Position numbers and translations under genes: made by a program
The notes under the pieces: model-generated
What the model was told of the DNA's origin: nothing
What the model saw: the letters and a program-made list of their open reading frames with translations, nothing else
Database searches by the model: none
Shown here: one piece after another, positions 50,210 to 59,688 of the stretch
Position numbering within the stretch: position 1 is the first letter of the stretch
Layout of the letters: every line of letters starts with the position of its first letter
From: Prolixibacteraceae bacterium UBA5740
Lineage (GTDB): Bacteria > Bacteroidota > Bacteroidia > Bacteroidales > Prolixibacteraceae
Length of the DNA stretch: 59,688 bases
NCBI GenBank assembly: GCA_002419285.1
Contig: DIFU01000105.1
Coordinates: 32,970-92,657 of the forward strand
Reading direction: 5' to 3'

Positions 50210-52912
50210 CTATTGGACAACAAACTGATAGGTACCGGCTAAAACCCTCAATGTACCATCGTCCAACACCGTAATCCCCGGAAGGGCAGTTGTATGAACA
50301 TTCTTACCACCCTCCGTGACCGAGGTTGATGGCGACAAATTGGGCATGGTCACCACTGCTGATGTGTTTGCAGGAACTACCAGGTTCATGGTAAATACAG
50401 AGCCATTGACCTTCCAATCAACCTCAACTGCACCATAATTTGTTTCATAGCTGGCTTTTACCCAGCTAAGGTCTCCCGCCGGTATAGGCTTAATAATAAT
50501 TTCCCTGAAACCGGGTAGATCGTCCGAAATATTGATCCCTGCCAGCGTATTCCACATCCACTCGCCGATACAGCCTAATGCGAAATGATTTCTTGAATTC
50601 ATTCCTTCTGGTCGTTCGGTATCTGAATTCCAAAGCTCCCAAATCGATGTCGCACCTTTTTCAACCATATATCCCCATGAGGGATAAGTAGTTTGGTTGA
50701 TCATGCGATAGGCAAGATCATGATGTCCGTATTTTGAAAGCATCGGCAATATATACCCTGTCCCAAGAAACCCGGTGGTTGGATGAACATCCCTTTCCCG
50801 AACTTTGTCAACGAGATTTTTAACAACCTGCCCTTTAAGCTCTTCAGGCGTGATCTCGAATGCAAGTGGGAGAAGATTGGCAGTCTGGGTGGCACCCGGA
50901 TAAGTTTTTGTCACACTATCCCAATATTCACTCTGGTATGCTTCAGCAACCCTTTTCGAGAGTTCAGAATAGTAGGCTGCATCCTCTACGTTTCCAATGA
51001 TGGTGGCCATTTTCGATACCAAACTCGCAGTATAGGCGAAATAGGCAGTTCCAATAGGTTCCGAAGGGGTTGGTTCAACAGCAATCCAGTCCCCGTAACC
51101 GTTCCATTCACCCTTCTTTCCCCATATATAAATAAGATCGTTACTTTGGTTATGCATATAATCGACCCAGCGCTTCATCTGTTCATAGTTTTCACGAATA
51201 ATTCGGGTGTTCCCATAATAACGGTAAGTTATCCATGGAATGATGACACAGGCATCACCCCACCCTGGCTTGGATGGTCCACCTACAACGATGGCCGGGC
51301 TTACATCAGTGACCCAGCCGGAAGAATCCTGAGCATCAAAAATATCAAACATCCATTTGGTCCAGAACCGATCGAGGTGCATATTAAAATTGGCAGTAGG
51401 TGCAAAAATCTGAGCATCGCCCATCCATCCTAATCTTTCATCACGCTGAGGGCAGTCTGTTGGAACCGTAAAGAAGTTTCCCCGTTGTCCCCAGGTTATA
51501 TTTTGGTTGATTTTATTGATCAATTCATTCGAAGTCTCAAGCAGTCCAACGAAAGGCTGATCGGTATGTATCACCTTGCCCACCAAATCGGTCTGCTGAG
51601 GTTTCTGATTAAGTCCCGAAACCTGCACATATCTAAACCCGTGATAAGTGAACATGGGTTCCCATACAAACTGGCTGCCATTTCCTATGACCTTGTCAGT
51701 AACTTTTGCACTTCTCAGGTTCTCCTGGGCAACTGTTCCATCATCGTGAAGCAACTCTGCAAAACGCAAAGTGATAGTATCACCCTGTGGTGCATGAACC
51801 ATGAATTGAGCCCAGCCCACCATATTCTGTCCTAAATCATAAACATATTCTCCAGGAACCGGTTCGGACAATTTAACAGGTGTGATTTGCATCTGTTCTT
51901 TTAATGCAGGAAATCTCGGACCAACAAGCACACCACTGTATGAAGCCTGCTCAACAGGCAACCATTCAGAATCGTCAAGTCCAACTGCACTCCATCCAGG
52001 TATTTCCAAATTTTTATCATAGATTTCACCATGATATATATGGTCATAAACAATTGGCGAATTGTACCATTTCCAGCTTGTATCGGTACCGAACCATTCT
52101 TTGTTACCGTTGGCATATTCTATTTCAAGCTGGGCAAGGAGCATTAAGGGCCCCTCTGAATATTTTGAACCACCCTGCCATCCCAAGCCACCTGACCACC
52201 ACATACTACCCAATATGGCTCCCATGGCATTTGAATCCTCCTCAAGCAAGTCAGCTACGTCATAGACCTGATATTCAAGCCGCTTGGGGTAATCTGTCCA
52301 GCCGGGCGTCAATAAATCATTACCCACCCTGCTTCCATTGATGAAAAATACATAATTTCCAAGACCGGTAACATAAAGTCTTGCTTTTGAGATATCATCG
52401 TCAACTGTCGAAAATTCCTTTCTCATATAAACCGACCTGACCGGGTTGCTATCATTCTTTGCAATCCATTGAGCCTCCCAATCAGATGGGTTCATTTTTC
52501 CCATTTCCCATTTTGCGACTTCACTCCATGGCGATAGTTTTCCTTCATGATCACGGATTCGCACTTTCCAGAAATATTGAAGGCCTGATTCAAGCGGATT
52601 TCCAGCATATTCGATATGAACTGACTCATCGGATTTAACTTCACCTGAATCCCAAATATCTCCGGCATCCTTATTTAATAAAGCTTTTGATGATGACACC
52701 AGAATATGATACGACGATTGTGCTGCGCCTCTCCTTCCATCTTCCATTTTCCACTTCAGTAATGGGTTCTCACGATCGATCCCCAAAGGATCAGTCTGGT
52801 TTTCACACTGAAGATCAATCAATTTGGATGGTGAATCTGCAGGACCGCATGAATTAATAATTCCTGCTAGAAACAAGAATGCAATGAACAGGAAAAGACT
52901 AGCTTTTTTCAT
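50210..52912 (-). CDS. Glycoside hydrolase family 78 alpha-L-rhamnosidase, lipoprotein
   Basis: DLGQNMVG, FTYHGFRY, PTDCPQRDERLGWMGD, GATSIWE, SRNH. Confidence 0.93.
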   Translation of the reverse strand: MKKASLFLFIAFLFLAGIINSCGPADSPSKLIDLQCENQTDPLGIDRENPLLKWKMEDGRRGAAQSSYHILVSSSKALLNKDAGDIWDSGEVKSDESVHIEYAGNPLESGLQYFWKVRIRDHEGKLSPWSEVAKWEMGKMNPSDWEAQWIAKNDSNPVRSVYMRKEFSTVDDDISKARLYVTGLGNYVFFINGSRVGNDLLTPGWTDYPKRLEYQVYDVADLLEEDSNAMGAILGSMWWSGGLGWQGGSKYSEGPLMLLAQLEIEYANGNKEWFGTDTSWKWYNSPIVYDHIYHGEIYDKNLEIPGWSAVGLDDSEWLPVEQASYSGVLVGPRFPALKEQMQITPVKLSEPVPGEYVYDLGQNMVGWAQFMVHAPQGDTITLRFAELLHDDGTVAQENLRSAKVTDKVIGNGSQFVWEPMFTYHGFRYVQVSGLNQKPQQTDLVGKVIHTDQPFVGLLETSNELINKINQNITWGQRGNFFTVPTDCPQRDERLGWMGDAQIFAPTANFNMHLDRFWTKWMFDIFDAQDSSGWVTDVSPAIVVGGPSKPGWGDACVIIPWITYRYYGNTRIIRENYEQMKRWVDYMHNQSNDLIYIWGKKGEWNGYGDWIAVEPTPSEPIGTAYFAYTASLVSKMATIIGNVEDAAYYSELSKRVAEAYQSEYWDSVTKTYPGATQTANLLPLAFEITPEELKGQVVKNLVDKVRERDVHPTTGFLGTGYILPMLSKYGHHDLAYRMINQTTYPSWGYMVEKGATSIWELWNSDTERPEGMNSRNHFALGCIGEWMWNTLAGINISDDLPGFREIIIKPIPAGDLSWVKASYETNYGAVEVDWKVNGSVFTMNLVVPANTSAVVTMPNLSPSTSVTEGGKNVHTTALPGITVLDDGTLRVLAGTYQFVVQ

Positions 52913-53102
52913 ATTGGTAAATTTTAGTGTTGGCCATCATAAAGATTGATTGCAAAGAATTTATTCAACAATGTGTGGCTTAGCAACATGTACAATTCTT
53001 TTCGCTTTGTTAAGCTTTCTAAAGATAAAGAAAATCATTTTTAGCTTGATAATTTATCCTGTACTATCCTGTATATTTACCTGAAATACATAAAACTTGA
53101 AC

Positions 53103-53744
53103 ATGGGAATCTACGACCTTACCCACCTCATGTATTCTGGCATGCCCGTCTATCCGGGGAAGAAGCCTGCCCGGATTCAAATATCCGCCACACTTAGTCA
53201 GGACGGCTACCGTGAAAAACACATATCGATTGACGGCCACACAGGAACACACATGGATGCTCCTGCACATATGCTGCCAGAGGGGCACACACTCGATCAG
53301 TATGAGGTCTCAAAATTTTCTGGAACGGCAATTATAATTCCTATCCAGGAAAAACAAATTAGTTTGGAGCTTCTGACATCACAAGAAGACGATATAAAAC
53401 AAGCAGACTTCGTACTTTTCAGGACAGGATGGAGTAGATACTGGGGTTCACCTGAATATCTGGAAAACTTCCCTACCCTTACGAAGTCTGCCGCCCGATT
53501 CCTGACCGATTTATCCCTCAAGGGAGTTGGAATGGATATGATCTCAGCCGATCCTATTGATTCAACCGATTTCCCAATCCATCATATCTTGTTCGAAAAC
53601 GACATGGTAATAATTGAAAATCTCAAATTTCCTGAGAAAATGTCATCGGGAACGGGAATCCTGCACGTATATCCTTTGCATTTGGCCGAAGCAGATGGTT
53701 CTCCAATACGAGCCATTTTAAGCATTAAAAACCCCTGTCAATGA
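53103..53744 (+). CDS. Cyclase / kynurenine formamidase-family metallohydrolase
   Basis: [11 protein letters not shown] motif, IIENL, DGSPIRA. Confidence 0.88.
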   Translation: MGIYDLTHLMYSGMPVYPGKKPARIQISATLSQDGYREKHISIDGHTGTHMDAPAHMLPEGHTLDQYEVSKFSGTAIIIPIQEKQISLELLTSQEDDIKQADFVLFRTGWSRYWGSPEYLENFPTLTKSAARFLTDLSLKGVGMDMISADPIDSTDFPIHHILFENDMVIIENLKFPEKMSSGTGILHVYPLHLAEADGSPIRAILSIKNPCQ

Positions 53745-55213
53745 TTCAATTCCTGGCGTGCAAAGAGTTCAAAGGTTCGTATCCTATCCTTGTAGAGGTT
53801 ATGTTGATTTATCCTTTCTGCAGAAAGTTCAGCGTCAGAGTTTTCGTCCCATCTTCGGCAAAGATAGAGTGGTTCATATATTCGACCGATACGATACTCT
53901 CTGGATATCCTTAGTCCAACAGCATAGTCTTCGCCATAACTTACATTCGGGATTTTGATCTCGCGAAGAACCGGTGTAAAAAAAGCTCTGGGAGCTCCCA
54001 GTCCATTTATACGCAATGCATTGTTACTCCCATTATCAGGAGTCCATTCCCGGTGGTCAATCAGTCCGGGAGGAATCTCTTCAAGTTTAAAATTCACCAT
54101 TTGATATGATCCAACAACCATCGCACAATTCTCCCTATAAAAAGCATCCACTATTTTGGCAATGACATGACTATCCACATACAGGTCATCACTGTCGAGC
54201 TGAATGGCAAACCTGCCACATCGGTGATCCATGACTGCCGTAGTCCAACACCCACCTATTCCCAAATCTTGCCTATCAGGAATCAAATGGACAAGTCGAT
54301 TATCCTCCAAGGCAATGCGTCTTAAAATTTCGGTTGTACCATCTGTTGAATGGTTGTCGACAACAATAAGGTTATAAGGGAAACCGGCAGACTGCGACAA
54401 AACCGAACTGATGGCATCCTCAATTGTACGGGCCCTGTTTCGAACCGGAATAATAACTGATGCCTCAACCGGAAATACACCGTCTGAAAGATTGATTTCC
54501 CTGAAATTGGGTTTAAGCCAACCTCCGATATCCTTCAGGTGTCTTGTGCAAGCTTTTTCCATTTCAATCTGTACTTCCCGATTTCGGGGATCCACATAAT
54601 CAAATTGTTTTTCTCCCGATTTGCGTAAATCTGTCTCCACCTCAGTATACAGATATTCAGGCAATCTGAAAATTCGATGGTTTTGTGATACTTTTAAACG
54701 TATATCATATAATCCGGCAAACTGGTATTCTTCGCTTATCTGAGCCACACTATCCTTGAAATAGTCCGAATTGAATAACAAGCATGATCCAAAATTAAAA
54801 TCGTCTCGCAAACTTCCATGTTGGTAATCAATCACCGGACTTGGCATCAAATGACCATCCCTAAGTGCATAATGGTCTGAATAGACCATTCCGGCATGTA
54901 CATCGCTTGCCGCCTGCACCATTCTCTCAATAGCCCAGGGACCAGGTCGAAGAGCAAAGGACTTTGTATAGAGAAAAATGTAGTCACAATCTGCCTTCAT
55001 TGCAATTTTTCTCATGGTCAGGGAGGAGGTCAGGCTATCAGTCTCAATCACCTCAACTCCGTCAGGAATCTTAACTCTGACAACACCTTGAGAGAAAATG
55101 ACGAAAATTTTTCTGACCATTTCAGATTTCTTTAATTCTCCGATTGTTTGTTCCAGGTCGGTGAACCTTCCTTCAGCAATAAAGCAGTTAACTCCTTTGT
55201 TCATGTTGATCAT
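53738..55213 (-). CDS. Glycosyltransferase family 2 protein (two GT-A-like halves)
   Basis: [30 protein letters not shown]. Confidence 0.88.
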   Translation of the reverse strand: MINMNKGVNCFIAEGRFTDLEQTIGELKKSEMVRKIFVIFSQGVVRVKIPDGVEVIETDSLTSSLTMRKIAMKADCDYIFLYTKSFALRPGPWAIERMVQAASDVHAGMVYSDHYALRDGHLMPSPVIDYQHGSLRDDFNFGSCLLFNSDYFKDSVAQISEEYQFAGLYDIRLKVSQNHRIFRLPEYLYTEVETDLRKSGEKQFDYVDPRNREVQIEMEKACTRHLKDIGGWLKPNFREINLSDGVFPVEASVIIPVRNRARTIEDAISSVLSQSAGFPYNLIVVDNHSTDGTTEILRRIALEDNRLVHLIPDRQDLGIGGCWTTAVMDHRCGRFAIQLDSDDLYVDSHVIAKIVDAFYRENCAMVVGSYQMVNFKLEEIPPGLIDHREWTPDNGSNNALRINGLGAPRAFFTPVLREIKIPNVSYGEDYAVGLRISREYRIGRIYEPLYLCRRWDENSDAELSAERINQHNLYKDRIRTFELFARQELNH

Positions 55214-55358
55214 TTTTGATGCTGCAAGACCCTGAATATTGAATTTTTACAAACCATTGCCTTTTGCAATTATCCACACGAAGATAGCGCAATCGCAGCT
55301 CCTTTCTTATCTTTGCCATGACAAAAAGAAAAAAGTTGCCGGCCTAAAAAGTTAAAAT

Positions 55359-56204
55359 ATGATCATTATCGCCGATAGCGGATCGTCAAAAACCCAATGG
55401 AGCCTCATAAGGGGATCAACAGAACCACCAGAGACCATTTTTACCTCCGGGATCAATCCATTTTACCAGGATAGCCCAACGATTGTTCAAACCTTGAAAA
55501 AGGAATTTCCGGCACAAAACATCCAAGCTGATACCATTTTTTTTTACGGAGCAGGATGTGCAAATAATCGGGTAAACAGTATCGTTTCAGATGCACTTCA
55601 GGAATTCTTTAGCGCTTCAAGGATAGATGTTGAGAGTGACCTGATGGCTGCTGCCAGAGCTTTATGTCAGAATAGTGAGGGCATTGCATGCATTTTGGGA
55701 ACAGGTTCAAATTCCTGCCATTATGATGGCAAAACAATTGTTCAGCAGATCTCTCCATTAGGATTTATTCTGGGCGACGAAGGAAGTGGCGCAGTCATTG
55801 GAAAACGACTTTTGGGTGATATCCTGAAAAACCAGCTTCCCAATGAAATCATTAATAAATTCTTTTCTAAATATGAACTAACGAAGGACGATATTCTAGA
55901 AAACATATACCGCCAACCTTTCCCTAACCGTTTCGCTGCGAAATTCACTCACTTTGTATATGATAATGTAACAGAACCCGCTATATACAGTATAGTATAT
56001 GACGAATTTTCAAGATTTCTGGTTAGAAACGTTATGCAATACAACCATGCCTCACACCTCCCCATTCATATTGTTGGCAGTATTGGCTGGTATTTCCATG
56101 ACATTTTTGAAAAAGCAGCAAGTGAGCTAAACCTGCAAACTGGCCGATTCATACAGGCTCCAATGGAAGGACTATTGCAGTACCACAATTCTTTAATAAG
56201 ATAA
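55359..56204 (+). CDS. BadF/BadG/BcrA/BcrD-family amino-sugar kinase (MurK-like)
   Basis: IADSGSSKT, GINP, ILGTGSNS, LGDEGSGA; upstream of murQ. TATCTTTG box at 55308-55315. Confidence 0.85.
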   Translation: MIIIADSGSSKTQWSLIRGSTEPPETIFTSGINPFYQDSPTIVQTLKKEFPAQNIQADTIFFYGAGCANNRVNSIVSDALQEFFSASRIDVESDLMAAARALCQNSEGIACILGTGSNSCHYDGKTIVQQISPLGFILGDEGSGAVIGKRLLGDILKNQLPNEIINKFFSKYELTKDDILENIYRQPFPNRFAAKFTHFVYDNVTEPAIYSIVYDEFSRFLVRNVMQYNHASHLPIHIVGSIGWYFHDIFEKAASELNLQTGRFIQAPMEGLLQYHNSLIR

Positions 56205-56234
56205 GAATACACTGAACATTAATCCAAGAATAAA

Positions 56235-57077
56235 ATGGAAGTGAACCGCAAAAATCTCAGTGTGACTGAAACACCTTCCAGATTCAGAAATCTGGACAAG
56301 ATGTTACCTGGTCAGATTCTGGCTGCCATAAACCGGGAGGATGCCAGGGTACACAAAGCTGTGCATGAAGCATTGCCTCAAATTGAAAGACTGGTCGTCG
56401 AAATCCTCGACCGCATGCAACAAGGAGGCCGGGTATTTTACCTGGGTGCCGGAACCAGCGGAAGATTGGGAGTTCTTGATGCGTCGGAGCTTCCACCCAC
56501 TTTCGGTGTACCCGACAACATGGTTATTGGATTAATTGCAGGAGGAGATGTCGCCCTTCGCAAAGCAGTTGAAAATGCCGAAGATGATCCGGAAATGGCG
56601 TGGAAGGAGTTACAAAAATATCAAATCACCAATAAAGATACAGTGATTGGCATCGCAGCTTCAGGTACCACTCCATACGTAATTGGCGGTGTGATAAAAG
56701 CAAAAGAAGCCGGTTTACTCACTGGTTGTATCACTTGCAATCCCGCCAGCAAAATCGCAGCAGTGGCTGAATTCCCGATTGAAGCCATTGTTGGGCCCGA
56801 AATTGTCACTGGAAGTACCCGTCTGAAAGCAGGAACAGCCCAAAAGATGATCCTGAATATGATTACCACAACCCTTATGATTAAACTGGGTAGGGTAAAA
56901 GGTAACAAAATGGTTAATATGCAGTTGACCAATTCCAAACTGGTGGATCGTGGCACACGAATGCTGATGGAAGAACTTCAGCTTCCAGAAGAGGAATCGA
57001 GACGATTATTATTGGAATTTGGTTCTGTAAATAAAGCAATGGAAGGCTATTACCAAAGCTTAAAAAGCAAAACCTGA
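56235..57077 (+). CDS. murQ: N-acetylmuramic acid 6-phosphate etherase
   Basis: GAGTSGRLGVLDASELPPTFG, AASGTTPY, GSTRLKAGTAQK. Confidence 0.96.
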   Translation: MEVNRKNLSVTETPSRFRNLDKMLPGQILAAINREDARVHKAVHEALPQIERLVVEILDRMQQGGRVFYLGAGTSGRLGVLDASELPPTFGVPDNMVIGLIAGGDVALRKAVENAEDDPEMAWKELQKYQITNKDTVIGIAASGTTPYVIGGVIKAKEAGLLTGCITCNPASKIAAVAEFPIEAIVGPEIVTGSTRLKAGTAQKMILNMITTTLMIKLGRVKGNKMVNMQLTNSKLVDRGTRMLMEELQLPEEESRRLLLEFGSVNKAMEGYYQSLKSKT

Positions 57078-57081
57078 AAAA

Positions 57082-58518
57082 CTAATAATTACTTCTTACA
57101 TGTTTAAGAAATTCCCGGACTTCCATAAACACCTCCTGCTGGGAACCTGAGAAGTTATTTATTATTATAGAAAAGGCCACTTCTCTGCCCGAAATGCATT
57201 TCAAGTATCCGGCATAAGCTCGAACCCTGGTCATTGATCCGCTTTTTGCTCTTAAAGTTTGTGCTGGAAAATCGGTCATGGAAAAAGATCTTAGGGTACC
57301 CTTTCCTGCAACTGGAAGCGAATTTTTAAAAACTTCCCGATTTTGGCTTTTCTGCATGTAAAGAAGCAAGGCATTCATCTGTTTTGCCGAAAAGGCATTA
57401 AATCGCGACAATCCACTTCCATCTTCCAGGAAAAATGGATCATTTGTAATTTTTTCGCTGACAAATCTGCCGGCCATTTGAATGCCTTGGTCGTGGCCCC
57501 CATAGCCGCCATTGCTATATGCCAATTGGGTGACCAATGATTCAGCAATCAGATTGACACTTTCATAATTTAACAACGAGCATATTTCTGACAACATCGG
57601 AGATTTGTGATATTGAATTATCTTTCCTTCTACAGGCTCTAAACTCACCAGGACTTTACCGTTGAAGTCTGGATATTCAGCTATCAACTCCTGCCGGAAT
57701 CGCTCACCAAAAACCATCTCTGGATCTGGCATTGCAGCTTTCACTTCAAAGTTTTTTCTATTTACGGGAATTGTGCCACGAATGATCCTTTTCTTATCCC
57801 AGGGGCTTCCAAATACATATGCAAGGTCACGATTTATTTGAGAAGACTTCACTTCACTAACCCATTCGACCCCTGGGGTTAAAGGCTCAGCCTTCGTGAG
57901 CAGGGCAGATTCTGACTCAACGGAAGGAGAATCGAAAAACAGCCGAATGGTATTGTCGGCATAGTTAATTGCCGAAGGCCCGGCACCATAATAATTCCCC
58001 ATGTCATCCCATGACCAGGATGCTGGCACATCCCACCGTCGGAATCCCGAAATATCAATTAAAAGGTCACCCTCAATCCTTTCGACGCCTAAGCCTCTTA
58101 GTGTCTTAATCCAGCTTTCAAATGGTAAAAGATCTTTGCGATTTGCCTCAAAAAGACGTGAAGCCATGGTAGGGTCTCCCCCACCTTTTACAACAAGATT
58201 ATCACGTAGCACACCATATACAATTTCACCTGTACCAGTTAGTCCCAAAGAAGTCTCAAACCGGAAATCTGCTCCCAAATACTCGAGAGCCACTGCAGAA
58301 ACGACTAGCTTCAAAGTGGAAGCAGGTGCCATAAGCAAGTCACTATTCCATTGAAAAAGTGTGGTACCGTCATTTACATCCGACACCATAACTCCAACTG
58401 CTGCTCCTCTAAGAGAGCCCTTTTGGTCAAATGCATATTCCGGCACCGATTGGCTAAAAACCTCAGAAACAAGGGCGAGGAACAATAAAATATATAAAAT
58501 TCTTACCTTCATAACCAT
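57082..58518 (-). CDS. dacB: D-Ala-D-Ala carboxypeptidase/endopeptidase (PBP4, S13 family)
   Basis: PASTLK (SxxK), SVN, DGSGLSR, KSG. True start MVMKVR (58518) or MKVR (58512) before the signal peptide. Confidence 0.93.
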   Translation of the reverse strand: MVMKVRILYILLFLALVSEVFSQSVPEYAFDQKGSLRGAAVGVMVSDVNDGTTLFQWNSDLLMAPASTLKLVVSAVALEYLGADFRFETSLGLTGTGEIVYGVLRDNLVVKGGGDPTMASRLFEANRKDLLPFESWIKTLRGLGVERIEGDLLIDISGFRRWDVPASWSWDDMGNYYGAGPSAINYADNTIRLFFDSPSVESESALLTKAEPLTPGVEWVSEVKSSQINRDLAYVFGSPWDKKRIIRGTIPVNRKNFEVKAAMPDPEMVFGERFRQELIAEYPDFNGKVLVSLEPVEGKIIQYHKSPMLSEICSLLNYESVNLIAESLVTQLAYSNGGYGGHDQGIQMAGRFVSEKITNDPFFLEDGSGLSRFNAFSAKQMNALLLYMQKSQNREVFKNSLPVAGKGTLRSFSMTDFPAQTLRAKSGSMTRVRAYAGYLKCISGREVAFSIIINNFSGSQQEVFMEVREFLKHVRSNY

Positions 58519-58609
58519 CTGTAAGTATACTATCTCCCTGAAATTCTTTATAGGGGTATTCAGGTAACCCAATTTTAACGTAAATTGCCGGAAATTAAGA
58601 AAATTTCCT

Positions 58610-58990
58610 ATGCTTCGGAATTTAATTATCGTCGGGACCGGAGGTTTTATTGGAACAGCCATGAGATATATTGTACAAGTCCAGGTCGAGAAACTGATGG
58701 GTAGTACTTTTCCCATAGGTACTTTTCTTATCAATATTGCGGGAAGCCTCATCATTGGGTTCGTATATGGGCTCGCCGAAAAAGGTAATATTCTTGGACC
58801 TGAATGGAGACTCTTTCTTGCTGTTGGATTATGCGGAGGGTTCACAACCTTTTCAACCTTCTCAGCAGATACTTTGAACCTGCTGAAAGACAACTCGATT
58901 ATTCAATTGTTGTCATATACCGGGGGATCTGTTCTTCTGGGTCTTCTTTCTGTATACATCGGATTAATTCTCGCCAAAACCATAATTTAA
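58610..58990 (+). CDS. crcB: Fluoride channel FluC/CrcB
   Basis: GGFIG..RY, FPIGTFLIN, GLCGGFTTFSTF. Confidence 0.96.
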   Translation: MLRNLIIVGTGGFIGTAMRYIVQVQVEKLMGSTFPIGTFLINIAGSLIIGFVYGLAEKGNILGPEWRLFLAVGLCGGFTTFSTFSADTLNLLKDNSIIQLLSYTGGSVLLGLLSVYIGLILAKTII

Positions 58991-59081
58991 TTGACCGAGC
59001 CTATAAATCCTGAACGGGTAATTGTTGCTTTGGAAATTATCCTTAATTCATTTCACTTACATTCCTTATATTTAGAAAATC

Positions 59082-59459
59082 ATGAATCCAACGAAACTCA
59101 ATGGGAAAGCATACCTTTTAAAGATTTTTTTGGGAGAATCTGATAAAATCAACGGCCGCCCCCTTTATGAAGAGATCGTATTTGCTGCGAGAAAATCTGG
59201 GCTGGCAGGGGCAACCGTCTGCAAAGGTATCATTTCATTTGGCGCAAGTCACTCAATTCACACCATGAAAATATTTGCGCTCTCTTCAGACTTGCCGGTA
59301 ACCATTGAAATCGTGGATAGCCGTGAAAATCTGGATCAATTCATACCCATTCTAAACGAAATGCTGTATGTCGCAAAACGAGGTGGACTCGTTACATTGC
59401 AACCTGTTGAAGTATTGCATTACAGCCCGGGTGAAAAGTATAAAAACCCTATGACTTGA
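59082..59459 (+). CDS. DUF190 (PII-like) protein
   Basis: LKIFLGESD..PLYE...GLAGATV.KG...LSSDLPV.IEIVD; downstream of crcB. Confidence 0.88.
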   Translation: MNPTKLNGKAYLLKIFLGESDKINGRPLYEEIVFAARKSGLAGATVCKGIISFGASHSIHTMKIFALSSDLPVTIEIVDSRENLDQFIPILNEMLYVAKRGGLVTLQPVEVLHYSPGEKYKNPMT

Positions 59460-59688
59460 AAATATACTTTGACCAGCTAATATCATCCTGCCCAAAAATA
59501 AGTTGACTCAATTGATTTCACATTTGCAACAATGAGCAGTATTAGCAAAAAGCTGGTACCAATTTATCATCCACTTATAGTTACAGGCTGTTTTTGAAAA
59601 TATTTTTACGATCTGGTATCGTGGGAGCCTGAATTGTCTAAATTCCGATAACAGATGGAGATATGATTTCTGTATATGCACATCCAAA

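Noticed and set aside
58519..58609. Fluoride riboswitch upstream of crcB
   Set aside because: The conserved GAUG...CGCC pseudoknot core is not visible in this short divergent spacer.
58519..58893. Long N-terminal extension of dacB
   Set aside because: Largely the antisense shadow of crcB. The signal peptide starts at 58518/58512.
758..59013. Many 60-216 aa ORFs overlapping or antisense to recognised genes (for example 50783-51433, 21990-22472, 35803-36246)
   Set aside because: No motifs, and they lie on top of well-supported genes. Treated as shadow ORFs.

Overview
About 60 kb of chromosomal DNA, inferred to come from a Bacteroidota (Bacteroidales/Marinilabiliales-like) bacterium on the basis of repeated TAnnTTTG -7 promoter boxes, A-rich leaders mostly lacking Shine-Dalgarno sites, and the gene families present. 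It is mostly housekeeping. The first half holds thrA-apgM-thrC (no thrB), bcp-recA, a TPR/SPOR-clpS-nfeD-floA operon, a phosphotriesterase-family lipoprotein, a three-gene transhydrogenase, phoH-purC-tlpA, a minimal arsR/arsE/arsF cassette, a MATE pump, a DUF5916 outer-membrane protein, a three-gene acyl-CoA carboxylase and a GH3. The second half holds a C69 dipeptidase, a TetR-TolC-adaptor-RND-PII efflux operon, a Ca/Na antiporter, an esterase, an exported murein-peptide operon (transglutaminase-like, NlpC/P60, Ala-Glu epimerase), dapL, GH78, a cyclase, GT2, murK-murQ, dacB, crcB and DUF190. I found no rRNA, tRNA, CRISPR array or mobile element. Three observations stand out. (1) Two unannotated candidate sRNA genes (about 155-247 minus, about 44125-44206 plus) share one design: TATCTTTG promoter, a CAU followed by a G/U-rich tract complementary to an A/C-rich start-codon context, and an intrinsic terminator with a GUUG loop. 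(2) Four consecutive ORFs at 30882-33055 are one roughly 724-codon gene broken by a frameshift and two in-frame stops, with an unusual lipoprotein + helical bundle + hydrophobic hairpin + Ig/CARDB architecture. (3) An apparently periplasmic peptidoglycan stem-peptide salvage module. All protein calls come from motif recognition only; no database searches were run.
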